DNA of 64,000 nucleotides, from contig CAWFIX010000003.1 in the NCBI GenBank assembly GCA_963816085.1, positions 487,167 to 551,166 of the forward strand, written 5' to 3'. Below the pieces are notes generated by a model. It was not told the origin of the DNA. It made no database searches and saw only the letters and a list, made by a program, of their open reading frames with translations. The position numbers and the translations under genes are program-made. Shown here piece by piece: positions 46,996 to 56,698 of this stretch. Position 1 is the stretch's first letter, and each line of letters opens with the position of its first letter. The stretch comes from Candidatus Uhrbacteria bacterium (GTDB lineage: Bacteria > Patescibacteriota > Patescibacteriia > 2-12-FULL-60-25).

Positions 46996-48003
46996 TTACG
47001 AGTTCCCCAAAATAGACCTCTTGTAAGAGTCTAAATTTTCGAGGGCGATGCCTGTTCCTTTGGCCACGCAGTATTGGGGTTCGTCGGCTACGAAGGCCGG
47101 GATACCGGTAGCTTCGGAGATTATGCGATCTAAGTTTCTTAATTGTGATGAACCGCCGGAGAGGACGACACCTTTTTCCATAACGTCTGCCGATAGTTCC
47201 GGAGGAGTGTTGCGGAGAACTTCTTTCATGGTGTCGATCATGCCTTGGAGTTCGTGCTGAATTGCGTCTGTAATATCGTCGGAATTGATGGAGACGATTC
47301 TTGGCAAGCCGTTGATCATATCGCGGCCTTTTATTTCCATTACCAATTTATTTTCCAAATAAAGTGCTGATCCGATGCGGATTTTAGCTTCCTCTGCTGT
47401 ACGCTCGCCAATGGCCAGGCCGTATTTGCGGCGGATATGTTCTTGAATTGCGAGATCGAGTTTAGTACCACCTATGCGAACTGATGCGGAAGAGACTATG
47501 CCGCCCAAAGAGATGACAGCAATTTCGGATGTGCCGCCGCCAATATCTGTGATCATGTGGCCGGATGCGGAGCCGATGGGGATATCTGCGCCGATGGCGG
47601 CAACGATTGGTTCTTTAATGATATATGCGGCGCGTGCACCGGCTGCGATTGTTGCATCGATAACTGCACGACGCTCTGTTGATGTGATGCCCCCGGGGAC
47701 GGCGACCATAACCTCGGGGCGGAAGAAACGGATGGATCCTAAAGCTTTATTCAAAAAGTAACGAAGCATGGCTTCGGTTGTGTGATAATCGGCGATGACT
47801 CCATCTTTTAGTGGGCGGCGTGCAACGATTGTATCCGGTGTGCGCCCAATCATATCTTTCGCTTCTTTACCAACAGCAAGCACGCGCTTATCTGCGATTG
47901 AGACTGCCACAACAGAAGGCTCATTAATAACAATCCCCTTTTTAGGGATGTAAACGAGTACCGTTGTTGTACCCAGGTCGATAGCCACCTTTTTACCAAA
48001 CAT
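46996..48003 (-). CDS. mreB: Rod-shape-determining actin homologue MreB
   Basis: 'VAIDLGTTTVLVY', 'NEPSVVAV', 'RPLKDGVIADY', 'VPGGITSTERRAV', 'TDIGGGTSEIAVISLGG'. Confidence 0.93.
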   Translation of the reverse strand: MFGKKVAIDLGTTTVLVYIPKKGIVINEPSVVAVSIADKRVLAVGKEAKDMIGRTPDTIVARRPLKDGVIADYHTTEAMLRYFLNKALGSIRFFRPEVMVAVPGGITSTERRAVIDATIAAGARAAYIIKEPIVAAIGADIPIGSASGHMITDIGGGTSEIAVISLGGIVSSASVRIGGTKLDLAIQEHIRRKYGLAIGERTAEEAKIRIGSALYLENKLVMEIKGRDMINGLPRIVSINSDDITDAIQHELQGMIDTMKEVLRNTPPELSADVMEKGVVLSGGSSQLRNLDRIISEATGIPAFVADEPQYCVAKGTGIALENLDSYKRSILGNS

Positions 48004-48090
48004 AATTCTTGCCTATCTCATCACCAATGCGGACTTTTCGCAAGAGCTTAATTGAGCAATAAAATTACTCAAACAAACCCTTAAACACCT

Positions 48091-48121
48091 CGTAGGGATA
48101 AACTTAGTGTTTATCCGTGCC
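48091..48121. repeat. REP hairpin (GGATAAAC type), left flank of RAYT-2
   Basis: cgtagggataaacttagtgtttatccgtgcc. Confidence 0.75.
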
Positions 48122-48128
48122 AAATCAA

Positions 48129-48788
48129 CTATTTTAATTCCTTATTATTTTCATCCTTATCCCACTGCATCGGATTGTAGCTTATATACTCCGAGATTTT
48201 CTCATAATCTTCTTCATCACGGATAACATGCTCATAATAGTTTCTTTGCCAAAGCTTTCCTTGGAAAGGCTTCCATGAATTCTTTTTAACGTTCTTAATA
48301 TACTCAACTGAAGTTCTTGATTTAAAAGCCTGCACGATTCTTCCAAGCGTGTCTTGTTTTGTACCGCTATGTCTACTTGTTTCAACTCGTAGGGGCGTAT
48401 CCTTGTGATCGCCCTCACTAAGGCTACAGCTAATCAAGTTACGCCTTTGGCGACAGAACGGGCGAACACTATGTTCGCGCCCTACGATCGAAAACTGGCG
48501 AATGCTAGGCATCGTCCCTACGCGGTCATTTTGAATTTCGATAATCCCGTGAATGTGATTTGGCATTACGATAAATTCATCCAGAATAATTTGAGGAAAT
48601 TGTTTTTCTAGATTCCGCCATTCGGCATAAAGCATGCAACCGGCATGATTTAATATTATCTTGTGATTTTGAATTTTGCCAAAATAATTTTCGGAGTCAT
48701 TTGTGCAGATAGTGATAAAATAAGAGCCGGAATCGGCGTAATCAAAACCAGGGATACGAATTGATTGTCGGTTTGGCAATTTATTCAT
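48129..48788 (-). CDS. HUH/Y1 transposase-like protein (RAYT type), copy 2, with an approximately 100-nt REPIN read through in frame
   Basis: 'GSYFITICT' and 'MPNHIHGII'. Conserved C-terminal region GRIVQAFKSRTSVEYIK, no catalytic Tyr assigned. The central 'VGREHSVRPFCRQRRNLISCSLSEGDHKDTPLRVE' is coded by REP DNA. Confidence 0.85.
   Translation of the reverse strand: MNKLPNRQSIRIPGFDYADSGSYFITICTNDSENYFGKIQNHKIILNHAGCMLYAEWRNLEKQFPQIILDEFIVMPNHIHGIIEIQNDRVGTMPSIRQFSIVGREHSVRPFCRQRRNLISCSLSEGDHKDTPLRVETSRHSGTKQDTLGRIVQAFKSRTSVEYIKNVKKNSWKPFQGKLWQRNYYEHVIRDEEDYEKISEYISYNPMQWDKDENNKELK
48388..48533. mobile_element. REPIN type II copy embedded inside the RAYT-2 ORF
   Basis: tcgtaggggcgtatccttgtgatcgccctcactaaggctacagctaatcaagttacgcctttggcgacagaacgggcgaacactatgttcgcgccctacga, aligning with 41131-41230. 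Confidence 0.85.
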
Positions 48789-48826
48789 GTATCAATAAGA
48801 TAATGATTGTGATGGTGATTATTTAG

Positions 48827-48896
48827 CGAAGGCGAACACCACAAGGTCGTCTGGTTTATTAGGTGCGGGCGATCACAAGGATGCGCCCCTACGAGA
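48827..48896 (-). mobile_element. REPIN type II-related element, right flank of RAYT-2 (inverted)
   Basis: The reverse complement starts ctcgtaggggcgcatccttgtgatcgcccgcacc. Confidence 0.75.
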
Positions 48897-48898
48897 GT

Positions 48899-51097
48899 TT
48901 ATTGCAATTTCACGGTAAACACTTGATCGTACAGCGACCCGGCCTGCGCTTCGTAGTTTGTGTCGCCCCATTTTTCCTCGGGCTCGGGTGGCTCGGCGGT
49001 GGCGATACTTTGTGGGAAGAGAATTTTAACGTTGAGTTCTGCGTTATCGACACCGGGTTGTTTGGGCCAATCGAGGCGATAGGTGCCATCTAAAATTGAT
49101 GCGACGGACGATTTGGGGAGCTCGTAGGTGAAAGCAAGTTTACCTGTTTTGCCAGGTTCGATAGCCCAGAATGCACCGAACACGGTTTTGCCAAGTTCTT
49201 TCATGACGTCGACGGTACCCGGAGCAAAACGACCGCCGGTTTGAGTGAGGTCGCCTGCCATGGCGCCGGTAGATGAGATGAGTTGGCTACCCTCGGGAAC
49301 ATAGACGCGAGTGTAACTGCGGTAACGAGTGTAACGCCAAGTGATTTGCCTGTTTGTGTTTTGATACGTGAAGGTGACGTTGGCTTTCGGATGCTCGAGA
49401 TCGCGTGCATCAAGAGTATATTGAATTGATTTTGACATCACGCCATCCGTTTTTAGTGCTGCGAGATTGGCATCGATTATCCAAAGAAAGTCTCCATCTG
49501 TTGGTTTAGTTCTACCACTCCAATTGCGAGCGTCTACAACAGATTGAATCTTGGGATTGCGATTGTAGATGAGGATTTGTTTTTGATCGAGTGCTGTGGT
49601 GATGATGCTGATAATTTTTGGCCATTCGGACCTTGGTAGAGCTTGGATTTTAGCCAGAATCTCATCCCCTACTTTGCCCATTAAATCTTTGCGATTTTCT
49701 TGAGTGATATCGGGCGCGACTTCGACTTCGTATTGAAGCACATCCATGAAGTTTGAAGTATTAAATGTTTTACCTTCCACGATGACCGGGCCGGTGAAAG
49801 CTAGGAGGGATTCGAAAAATCCCGGTTCCAAGGCGATAAAACCATCTTGATGCGGTGCGGGCTTGCCAAGTGGGACCGCGCGCTCACGTTCGTAGAAATC
49901 CAGAATCCTCTCGGCGGAAGTTGGGAAATCGGGCGACCAGTTAGCATCGCGCATAAACCATTTGGTAACACCGAGATTTTTTTGGATGGGTGCGGGCGGT
50001 ACTTCGCTCCAAACTCCTGAGGCTGGATTATCGATGTCGTAAATATCAAAAAATTCGTATGATTCGATATTGCCCGCATCCAGCTCCGCTGTGACGATAC
50101 TTCCGATAAAACCTCCAGCCGGGCGAATCTCGTCGGCATTTTGAGTTGCTATCACATAATTTTGTGGATCCGGATAGCCAAGCAAAGGAATGAATACTTC
50201 GATTAAAGGGACTCCTTGTTCGAGAGATTGTTGCAAAATTGGCAAGTAAACAGTCATTGGCTCGAGCGCGTCGCGGATTGGGCCGGCGAGTTGATCTTTG
50301 GGCAAATCGTTCCACATGGCAAGAGCGATATCGATTTTATCACGAGCAAGGCGGATCTCGGGTAAAGATCTGTAAAGTGATTCCAACAATGCCAAACGCT
50401 CTTCCTTGGTTAGATCTTGCAGGCGCTCGGAAGCATCGACATCCACCTGGGTCGCACCGGTTGTTTTTGTGGCAAGGAACATTGCTTCTTGCAATGCGCC
50501 GGCAACATTTAAAATATCTTGTACGCCATCTAATGTTTGTGAGCTGACTTGAGCAGTATCTTGTAATCCACGGATTTGAGTACCAAGGTAAGGCATATCG
50601 CGCCAAAAGCCAACGCCGTTTAGATAGCTCTGCATGGCATCAAACTGTTCTTGCGCTGTGCCGGCTTCGGATTTAGCGGAATCGAACTCGCCTGCCTCCA
50701 GCATGTTTTGCATGCTCTCGAGCGAGAGTTTAGCTTGATAGCCAGACCAACCGGCACGACCCAAGGCGATAAGCGGCGGGATAAAGAAAATTCCCAAAAT
50801 AATTACTACCGCAAGAATTGCATATCTGAGTTTACGGTTTTTCTTAACTTTTCCTCGTCCCACGTCGCTCGTCCCACGTCCTACGTCGGCTGCGTTGCGT
50901 TCAATATCATCATCCGGGCGGAGAGGAATGAAGGGTTTACCTACGTCAACGCGTCCCACGTCGCTCGTCCCACGTCCCGCGTCAGCAACACCAATAACGT
51001 TATTGGGTACAACTTCGGAAACTGAAGAATCCAGCTCGTGGGGAGGCGGTAGTGAGGGGACGCTTGGGCAAGTTAGAAAATTCGGTGATTGCACCAT
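48899..51097 (-). CDS. DUF4012-like membrane-anchored protein
   Basis: N-terminal TM 'YAILAVVIILGIFFIPPLIAL'. 'NYVIATQNADEIRPAGGFIGSIVTAEL' matches the DUF4012 core as I recall it. The N-terminal tail carries heptad-coded 'GRGTSDVGR' repeats. Confidence 0.7.
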   Translation of the reverse strand: MVQSPNFLTCPSVPSLPPPHELDSSVSEVVPNNVIGVADAGRGTSDVGRVDVGKPFIPLRPDDDIERNAADVGRGTSDVGRGKVKKNRKLRYAILAVVIILGIFFIPPLIALGRAGWSGYQAKLSLESMQNMLEAGEFDSAKSEAGTAQEQFDAMQSYLNGVGFWRDMPYLGTQIRGLQDTAQVSSQTLDGVQDILNVAGALQEAMFLATKTTGATQVDVDASERLQDLTKEERLALLESLYRSLPEIRLARDKIDIALAMWNDLPKDQLAGPIRDALEPMTVYLPILQQSLEQGVPLIEVFIPLLGYPDPQNYVIATQNADEIRPAGGFIGSIVTAELDAGNIESYEFFDIYDIDNPASGVWSEVPPAPIQKNLGVTKWFMRDANWSPDFPTSAERILDFYERERAVPLGKPAPHQDGFIALEPGFFESLLAFTGPVIVEGKTFNTSNFMDVLQYEVEVAPDITQENRKDLMGKVGDEILAKIQALPRSEWPKIISIITTALDQKQILIYNRNPKIQSVVDARNWSGRTKPTDGDFLWIIDANLAALKTDGVMSKSIQYTLDARDLEHPKANVTFTYQNTNRQITWRYTRYRSYTRVYVPEGSQLISSTGAMAGDLTQTGGRFAPGTVDVMKELGKTVFGAFWAIEPGKTGKLAFTYELPKSSVASILDGTYRLDWPKQPGVDNAELNVKILFPQSIATAEPPEPEEKWGDTNYEAQAGSLYDQVFTVKLQ
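50855..50986. repeat. Two heptad tracts (CGTCCCA/CGTCGCT units) inside the DUF4012 ORF
   Basis: tcgtcccacgtcgctcgtcccacgtcctacgtcgg and cctacgtcaacgcgtcccacgtcgctcgtcccacgtcccgcgtcagc. Same family as 58514-58550. Confidence 0.85.
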
Positions 51098-51103
51098 GAT
51101 ACT

Positions 51104-51982
51104 TTAAAGCACCTGGCGTATTTCGATATGGGGATTTTTTACGCCACGGTACTTCCAGAAATAGTATACCGCACTTCCTATATGTTTGCGTGTTAACTTG
51201 TGGGTAAAAATCTGCCATGGCCAAGTAATCATGCTTTCGCGAGCATGATAATGAACCAAGCTTGCATGTGGTGCGTAAACCACGCGCCAATTATATTTCC
51301 AGGCACGGCGGCAAATATCCACCTCTTCAAAGTACATGAAAAAGTTTTCATCAAATAATCCGATCTCATCTAAAGCTTTTTTTCTGATTAAAATCGCCGA
51401 ACCCATTAAGGCATCAACTTCGATAGCGCGGTTTTGATCTAAAAGCTCCTTCATTAAGTAATGATGGATAGCGCGCCTGCCCCAAGGAGTGAGACCCAGT
51501 GGTGATCTGCGATAAATAGGAATGAGAGGATTGGGAAAACGGTAGCAAGAATCTTGCCGTGTGCCATCCGGGTTTAAAAGCTTGGGACCAACCAACCCAA
51601 CATCAGGGTGTTCGTCCATAAATTTTACAAGCTTTTCCAACTCTCCGGGGAAGATTACCAAATCCGGATTCACAAGCATTATGTATTCGCCGCGCGCTCT
51701 GCGGAGAGCGAAATTGTTGCCCGCACCAAAGCCCACGTTTCTGGGAGTGTCGATAAGATCTACCCAAGGATATTTATTGCGCACCAAATCCCCTGTTTCG
51801 TCGCCGGGGGCATTGTTAACTAAAAAATATTCGTGAGGGAACTCGATTTTTGAATCTTCAAAACCTTTCAAAAGCAATCTGATTAAATTTGGTGTTTTAT
51901 AACAAACCGTCACAAAAGAGACCTTGGGATCCCCGGCTTTTATGTTTTCTTGATTGTATTTAATATTATTCTCCTTACTCAT
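51104..51982 (-). CDS. GT2 glycosyltransferase
   Basis: 'VSFVTVCYKT', 'FLVNNAPGDET', 'GFGAGNNFALRRARGEYIMLVNPDLVI'. Confidence 0.85.
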   Translation of the reverse strand: MSKENNIKYNQENIKAGDPKVSFVTVCYKTPNLIRLLLKGFEDSKIEFPHEYFLVNNAPGDETGDLVRNKYPWVDLIDTPRNVGFGAGNNFALRRARGEYIMLVNPDLVIFPGELEKLVKFMDEHPDVGLVGPKLLNPDGTRQDSCYRFPNPLIPIYRRSPLGLTPWGRRAIHHYLMKELLDQNRAIEVDALMGSAILIRKKALDEIGLFDENFFMYFEEVDICRRAWKYNWRVVYAPHASLVHYHARESMITWPWQIFTHKLTRKHIGSAVYYFWKYRGVKNPHIEIRQVL

Positions 51983-53031
51983 ACCAAAGCCCCTCGGATT
52001 TGTGCAGAGGAAACTTTTTCCTTTTGCTTCAAGTTCTTACGCTTTTTCCACATTTTTGGCAAGCCCCTGATGGCCGAGAAATAGCCTTTGACGCTAGCCC
52101 AAGAAAAGATGGAAGCAACCAGTTTTGCGCTTTCATAAGGCAAAATCCAGAGGCCGTGGATAAAAATATCCGACAATGCGAGGTGCTTTGCGAGAACCCA
52201 AGTATGATTACGGGTTGAGAAATAGTTGATATGAGCCGGTTTTTTACGGCGATATGCAAAAGCTGTGAGCCAATTATTTTTTGCTGTAGATGGAGCGGCT
52301 CTGTGATGCCAAACTAAAGCCTGTGGAACATAGGCACATTTCATACCCAAACGTTTTAAGCGCCAAGCCACATCTATATCTTCTTGATAAGCAAAAAAGT
52401 CTTCATCATAAAATTGATCGCCGGCTTCGCGCGCTCCAATCAAAGATGATGCACGGAAGCAACTGAATGCTCCGCAGACGCCGAAGATTTCGCGATCGTT
52501 GTCGTATTGATTTTCATCAATCTCCCCAGCTCCTCTATCATATGCTCGACGAGCTTTTGTGAGTACGAGGCCGGTAGCATCAAGAAGATTGGAACGCTCG
52601 GTTTTTATGTGCTCGGTTTCTGTCATGCGCAAATAGGCACGGCGGAGTTTGGGCATGCAAGCATCTACATCAGGGTGAGAATCCATGAACTCTTGCAGGT
52701 TTGCGAGGCAACCAGGGTCGAGCTCCGTATCCGGGTTGCAGATGATGATGTAGCAAGTTGAAAGATCAACTTCCTTCCAGCGCGAAAGTGCTAATGTGAT
52801 ACCTTGATTATGTGCGCGGGAGAATCCTTGATTATTCATGTTGCGCAAAACCGTGACAGTTGGGCGTTCGGCCGCAATCATTGCCGGAGCTCCATCGTTT
52901 GAGGCGTTGTCTACAACTATTGTTCTAAAAGGGATAATTTGCTCATCTAATGACTCAAAAAGAGCCGGCAAGTAAGCCATCGAGTTCCAGCTGACAATGT
53001 TGAGTGATAATCTTTCGGGGGTGTTATCCAT
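51979..53031 (-). CDS. GT2 glycosyltransferase
   Basis: 'LSLNIVSWNS', 'IVVDNASNDGA', 'NQGFSRAHNQGITLA'. ATGA-type 4-nt overlap with the downstream GT2. Confidence 0.85.
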   Translation of the reverse strand: MDNTPERLSLNIVSWNSMAYLPALFESLDEQIIPFRTIVVDNASNDGAPAMIAAERPTVTVLRNMNNQGFSRAHNQGITLALSRWKEVDLSTCYIIICNPDTELDPGCLANLQEFMDSHPDVDACMPKLRRAYLRMTETEHIKTERSNLLDATGLVLTKARRAYDRGAGEIDENQYDNDREIFGVCGAFSCFRASSLIGAREAGDQFYDEDFFAYQEDIDVAWRLKRLGMKCAYVPQALVWHHRAAPSTAKNNWLTAFAYRRKKPAHINYFSTRNHTWVLAKHLALSDIFIHGLWILPYESAKLVASIFSWASVKGYFSAIRGLPKMWKKRKNLKQKEKVSSAQIRGALV

Positions 53032-53080
53032 AGATTGGGATTATGACGGCTACGCAACGATAGGGCAACCCGATATTTAT

Positions 53081-54580
53081 TTATTTTTTATCAAGTTCCG
53101 TAGTCCTCTTGGGCGAAACATTAAAACCAAGATACTTCCCGATCATCAACCGTGTTTGCGAATCAATAGCCGGGATTGCGCCAAAGAGAACGAAGGTGAT
53201 TGGTAAAAGTGCCCATTGTAGGACGACTACGATGATTGTTTGCCAACGTGGGATGTATTTGGGGCGTGGAGGCAGTAATGTTGCGGATAAAGCTGCGGAT
53301 ACTAGAACGCCGATCATAGCGAAGCGCATGAGCCATTCGAGTGTGAACGGAGTATTTTGAAAAATTGCGTAAGAGCGGAATTGCTCGGGGGCGAACCAGA
53401 ATGGGAGTTGGCCAAGTAAGAAGATGAGGAGCGGGACTGTGGCCCAGGTGTACATGCCTTCGAGTTGTTTAAATAGAAAACGGATTTTTAGACCCAGTGG
53501 CATGATTTTATCGCGTGAGAAACTCATGGCCATGAACGGGAAATTTTCCACTCCCCAAGCCCAGCGACGTAATTGTTTGTAGAGAGCGAATAAAGCATCT
53601 TTGTAGGAGCCGGACATTACGGTGTCCATGGAGACGGGCAAGTAAATTGCTTCGACTCGGTAATCGCCGTGATAGTGGTTAAATGCTTGCAGGAAGATGC
53701 GAGAATCTTCGCTCACAATGTCTTTTTGCCAAAAGCCGACATCTAAGAGCATGCGCCAAGTCATGCTATGCGAGGAGAAAGTCATCATTGTCTCTGGGCG
53801 GGCAAGCTCGGTCATGAGCCAAAAGGTTGTGCCGAACATGGCGACGCGAACTGCGGCCGGAGATTCCCAGAGATTGTTATTGTAGAGAACCACCGGTTGA
53901 TAGGAACAGCGGAGGGGTTGTTCGACAGTGAGGAATTTGTAGGTGATGCAGGCGAAGTATTGCGGGTGCGCGATGGTGTCCACATCAAAAGCTGTAACCA
54001 TGATTTTATCGGGGTCGATATCCAAAGCCTCGATTTTTGGAATCAACTGATGGCCCATGTAATTCATGTTTGAGCCTTTGCCGATAATCTCACCGGGTAA
54101 ATCTGCTGGATGGATGGTGGTATAAAATGCAAAAAACTTGGATCCGAATTCACTTTTAATGATTTCCACCTTCTCCTCGAATGCTTCCTTGGCACGGCCT
54201 TCACCACCCAAAACGATTATCATCTTGTCTTTTGGATATGTGGATTGAATCAATGAATTTAAAGAATCTCTAAGAACTACAATATCTTCTTTAACCGTGG
54301 GCAACATTATTATGTGGTAAACCTCATTAAACCCGGGCATGGCTTTAGCCATTGTTAGCCAATCTTTTTTGATGTCAGAGCGGTAGGAGAACCAGGAAAG
54401 GATGAGGTATGGCAAAAAATAAGCGACGCGGAAGAGCCAGTATAAATCGTAAATGATAATAAAATAAACCACCCAAAGCGGGCGAATGAAAGAAAGGGTG
54501 ATACTGAGGATGATGGTGAGCCAAACCAAAAGTGCCGGGATGATTTCGTAAAATCTTTTTTCTAGTCTTTCTTTGTTCAT
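53081..54580 (-). CDS. Membrane-embedded processive GT2 synthase (cellulose/chitin-synthase-like)
   Basis: N- and C-terminal TM bundles, 'IIMLPTVKED', 'VTAFDVDT', and the Q(R/Q)xRW signature 'QLRRWAWG'. Confidence 0.8.
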   Translation of the reverse strand: MNKERLEKRFYEIIPALLVWLTIILSITLSFIRPLWVVYFIIIYDLYWLFRVAYFLPYLILSWFSYRSDIKKDWLTMAKAMPGFNEVYHIIMLPTVKEDIVVLRDSLNSLIQSTYPKDKMIIVLGGEGRAKEAFEEKVEIIKSEFGSKFFAFYTTIHPADLPGEIIGKGSNMNYMGHQLIPKIEALDIDPDKIMVTAFDVDTIAHPQYFACITYKFLTVEQPLRCSYQPVVLYNNNLWESPAAVRVAMFGTTFWLMTELARPETMMTFSSHSMTWRMLLDVGFWQKDIVSEDSRIFLQAFNHYHGDYRVEAIYLPVSMDTVMSGSYKDALFALYKQLRRWAWGVENFPFMAMSFSRDKIMPLGLKIRFLFKQLEGMYTWATVPLLIFLLGQLPFWFAPEQFRSYAIFQNTPFTLEWLMRFAMIGVLVSAALSATLLPPRPKYIPRWQTIIVVVLQWALLPITFVLFGAIPAIDSQTRLMIGKYLGFNVSPKRTTELDKK

Positions 54581-54969
54581 ATTTTTTTGGACATGGTTAT
54601 GTTGGGCTCGCTATCGTAGATTGGATCTGCGTATTTTAATTTTTTTAGTTTACCTGATGTAATTTTTTTGATGACGCTTGCGAGACTCCCCGACTCTTCC
54701 ACTGTGATGCCATAAAGAGGTTTGGTGAAAATGCGTGATAATAAGTTGGCAACGAGGACGCCGGCACGGATTGCGGAGAAAGAGCCCGGGCCTTGCACTA
54801 CCACTATACCATCTGCGCTAGCGATTTTGTCTTTGGAGAATTTGTGAGCGATAGTACCAACGAGTGCGCCGGGTTTTATATCGAAAGATTTGATTGTGTT
54901 TTTTTGTTCATCCAAAAATCCCAGGCTTGCCAACCCGCGCGCGTGAGTATCGATGTAGAACAAATTCAT
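54577..54969 (-). CDS. tsaB: Short TsaB-like protein (tRNA t6A biosynthesis, N-terminal ASKHA half)
   Basis: 'IVVVQGPGSFSAIRAGVLVANLL' resembles the TsaB 'GPGSFTGLRIG' motif. Only 130 aa. Confidence 0.65.
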   Translation of the reverse strand: MNLFYIDTHARGLASLGFLDEQKNTIKSFDIKPGALVGTIAHKFSKDKIASADGIVVVQGPGSFSAIRAGVLVANLLSRIFTKPLYGITVEESGSLASVIKKITSGKLKKLKYADPIYDSEPNITMSKKI

Positions 54970-54983
54970 GATAAAGTTAATTG

Positions 54984-55060
54984 ATCGTCAAATGTTGAAC
55001 TTCTAACGTTAAACTGCATTGAAATGACGTAGGACGTTTGACGTGCGACGTGCGACGATC
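54984..55060. repeat. Mismatched inverted repeat of 7-8 nt ACGT-core units
   Basis: atcgtcaaatgttgaacttctaacgttaaa - loop - atgacgtaggacgtttgacgtgcgacgtgcgacgatc. Confidence 0.8.
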
Positions 55061-55068
55061 CATCTACA

Positions 55069-55671
55069 TTATGCCACAGGTTTCTTGATTCGTTTATCGA
55101 CAGCTATGTGTTGCTCGGTATTTAGGACGGATGCGAGGAAACGGTCGGCGATATCTTGGCGGTATGAGTACTCGCTTGGAGTGAGGCATGTGTAGTTGAT
55201 ATCGAACCCAAGGGCGGTTTCGGATTTTTGGACAATGCGGCGTAATTCATCTTTATCCGCGATCTCACCAATAATGAACAAATCCACAGGTGCGGTTTTG
55301 CCTAAAAATGTGCCCATGAATGCCAAGTAGGTAATATCACCCAAAGTTGTAATTTCTTTATCCAGCTTGCGATCCATGAGAAAATGGGATTTGCCCAAAA
55401 GCGATTGCATCTCTTTAAGAAGTGGAAAGCCTTTGTTAACAATGTAGTATTTGCGCTTTAAACCCGGCCTTTTTGCACTGTCATCATCTTTATCCTCGGC
55501 CTCAATGATTAAGCCAACCTTGATAAGATTGTCGATTTCGCGGCGTACGGCGTTTATCTGCGTATCGATCTCACGAGTAAGCTCACGAATAAAATAAGCC
55601 TCATCCGGTTTGGTTAAGAACAAATTTAGGAGCTTTACGCGGGTCTTTGACCCAAAAAGGTGTTCAAGCAT
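55069..55671 (-). CDS. Winged-helix (ArsR-like) transcriptional regulator
   Basis: Start at the Met at 55671: 'MLEHLFGSKTRVKLLNLFLTKPDEAYFIRELTREIDTQINAVRREIDNLIKVGLI'. Confidence 0.75.
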   Translation of the reverse strand: MLEHLFGSKTRVKLLNLFLTKPDEAYFIRELTREIDTQINAVRREIDNLIKVGLIIEAEDKDDDSAKRPGLKRKYYIVNKGFPLLKEMQSLLGKSHFLMDRKLDKEITTLGDITYLAFMGTFLGKTAPVDLFIIGEIADKDELRRIVQKSETALGFDINYTCLTPSEYSYRQDIADRFLASVLNTEQHIAVDKRIKKPVA

Positions 55672-55792
55672 ATCGTCTTCCACTATCCTGCCCTTTTCGA
55701 GCGAGCTTGACAAGAGGTGCCGCATTTTGTACTCAGATACTATCCCCCATAGACGAAATAGCTATAAATTGCGTATACTTTTAAATAATCCC

Positions 55793-56698
55793 ATGTCTGA
55801 TAAATTCTTCCGCTTCGCGGACATCGAGTTTGGCAATAGCCCAACAAATGAAAACATCGTTGGGGTGTTTCGTTTTGAGCAAGGGCGCCAGAACCGCCAA
55901 GGCCCATATCATATAGTTGTGGCCGAGATTGATTCGGCTTTGTATGCATATGAGCAATTACTCGACACAATTAATGCCACCGTCGAACAATCGCGCACAC
56001 TGATGGCCGGAATGGCTCTCGATCCGTTCGCGAGATTTGAAAAGATTATCGAAAGAGTGAATGAGGCGATAACGGTTTTCCAGGAAAAGGAACCAACACC
56101 AATTAATTGGGATAGGTTGAATATTTATATAATTGAATGCTCGGGCGATCAGCTTTGCGTATCGGGACATGGCAAACTGATGAATATTTTTCTAAAGAAA
56201 CAAACCGATGGATATCAAAGCTTTGATTTGTGTGGCTCACTGGAACAGCCCGAGGTGACAGATCCTAAGAAAGTTTTTGCGTCGCTAATTTGCGGTGACA
56301 TGAATCCTGGTGATGTTTTCTTTATTGGTACAAATAATTTTGAAAGAACAAAAGAGAAGCTTAGAATAAAGGAGCGTTTTTCAGAACTGCCTATGGTGTC
56401 GGCCGCAACCGAGATAAAACGCGACCTGGAAAAAGAGAACCTGTTAGATGATTTTGTTGCATTGTCGATTTCTCTTAGTGAAGATGAATCCCCCAATTTT
56501 GTAGATAGAAAGCCAAAAAAACAGGCCGAAGAATCTTTAAGAAATTTACACGCGAATGAAAACGATGTTCAGCAGACTTTAGCACCATCTATCAGCCCAC
56601 TTAAAGAATCGCAAGCAAGACTCGGAAACAATGGCCAAGCCGCAAATACCATCGCCGGTTGCATCTTTGCAAAAATCTTGGCAGAAGGTTTTACATAA
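55793..56698 (+). CDS. Hypothetical protein (probable cytoplasmic N-part of a longer broken gene)
   Basis: Start at the ATG at 55793 ('MSDKFFRFADIEFGNS'). No family recognised. The 3' end overlaps the next ORF by 68 nt in another frame. Confidence 0.55.
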   Translation: MSDKFFRFADIEFGNSPTNENIVGVFRFEQGRQNRQGPYHIVVAEIDSALYAYEQLLDTINATVEQSRTLMAGMALDPFARFEKIIERVNEAITVFQEKEPTPINWDRLNIYIIECSGDQLCVSGHGKLMNIFLKKQTDGYQSFDLCGSLEQPEVTDPKKVFASLICGDMNPGDVFFIGTNNFERTKEKLRIKERFSELPMVSAATEIKRDLEKENLLDDFVALSISLSEDESPNFVDRKPKKQAEESLRNLHANENDVQQTLAPSISPLKESQARLGNNGQAANTIAGCIFAKILAEGFT

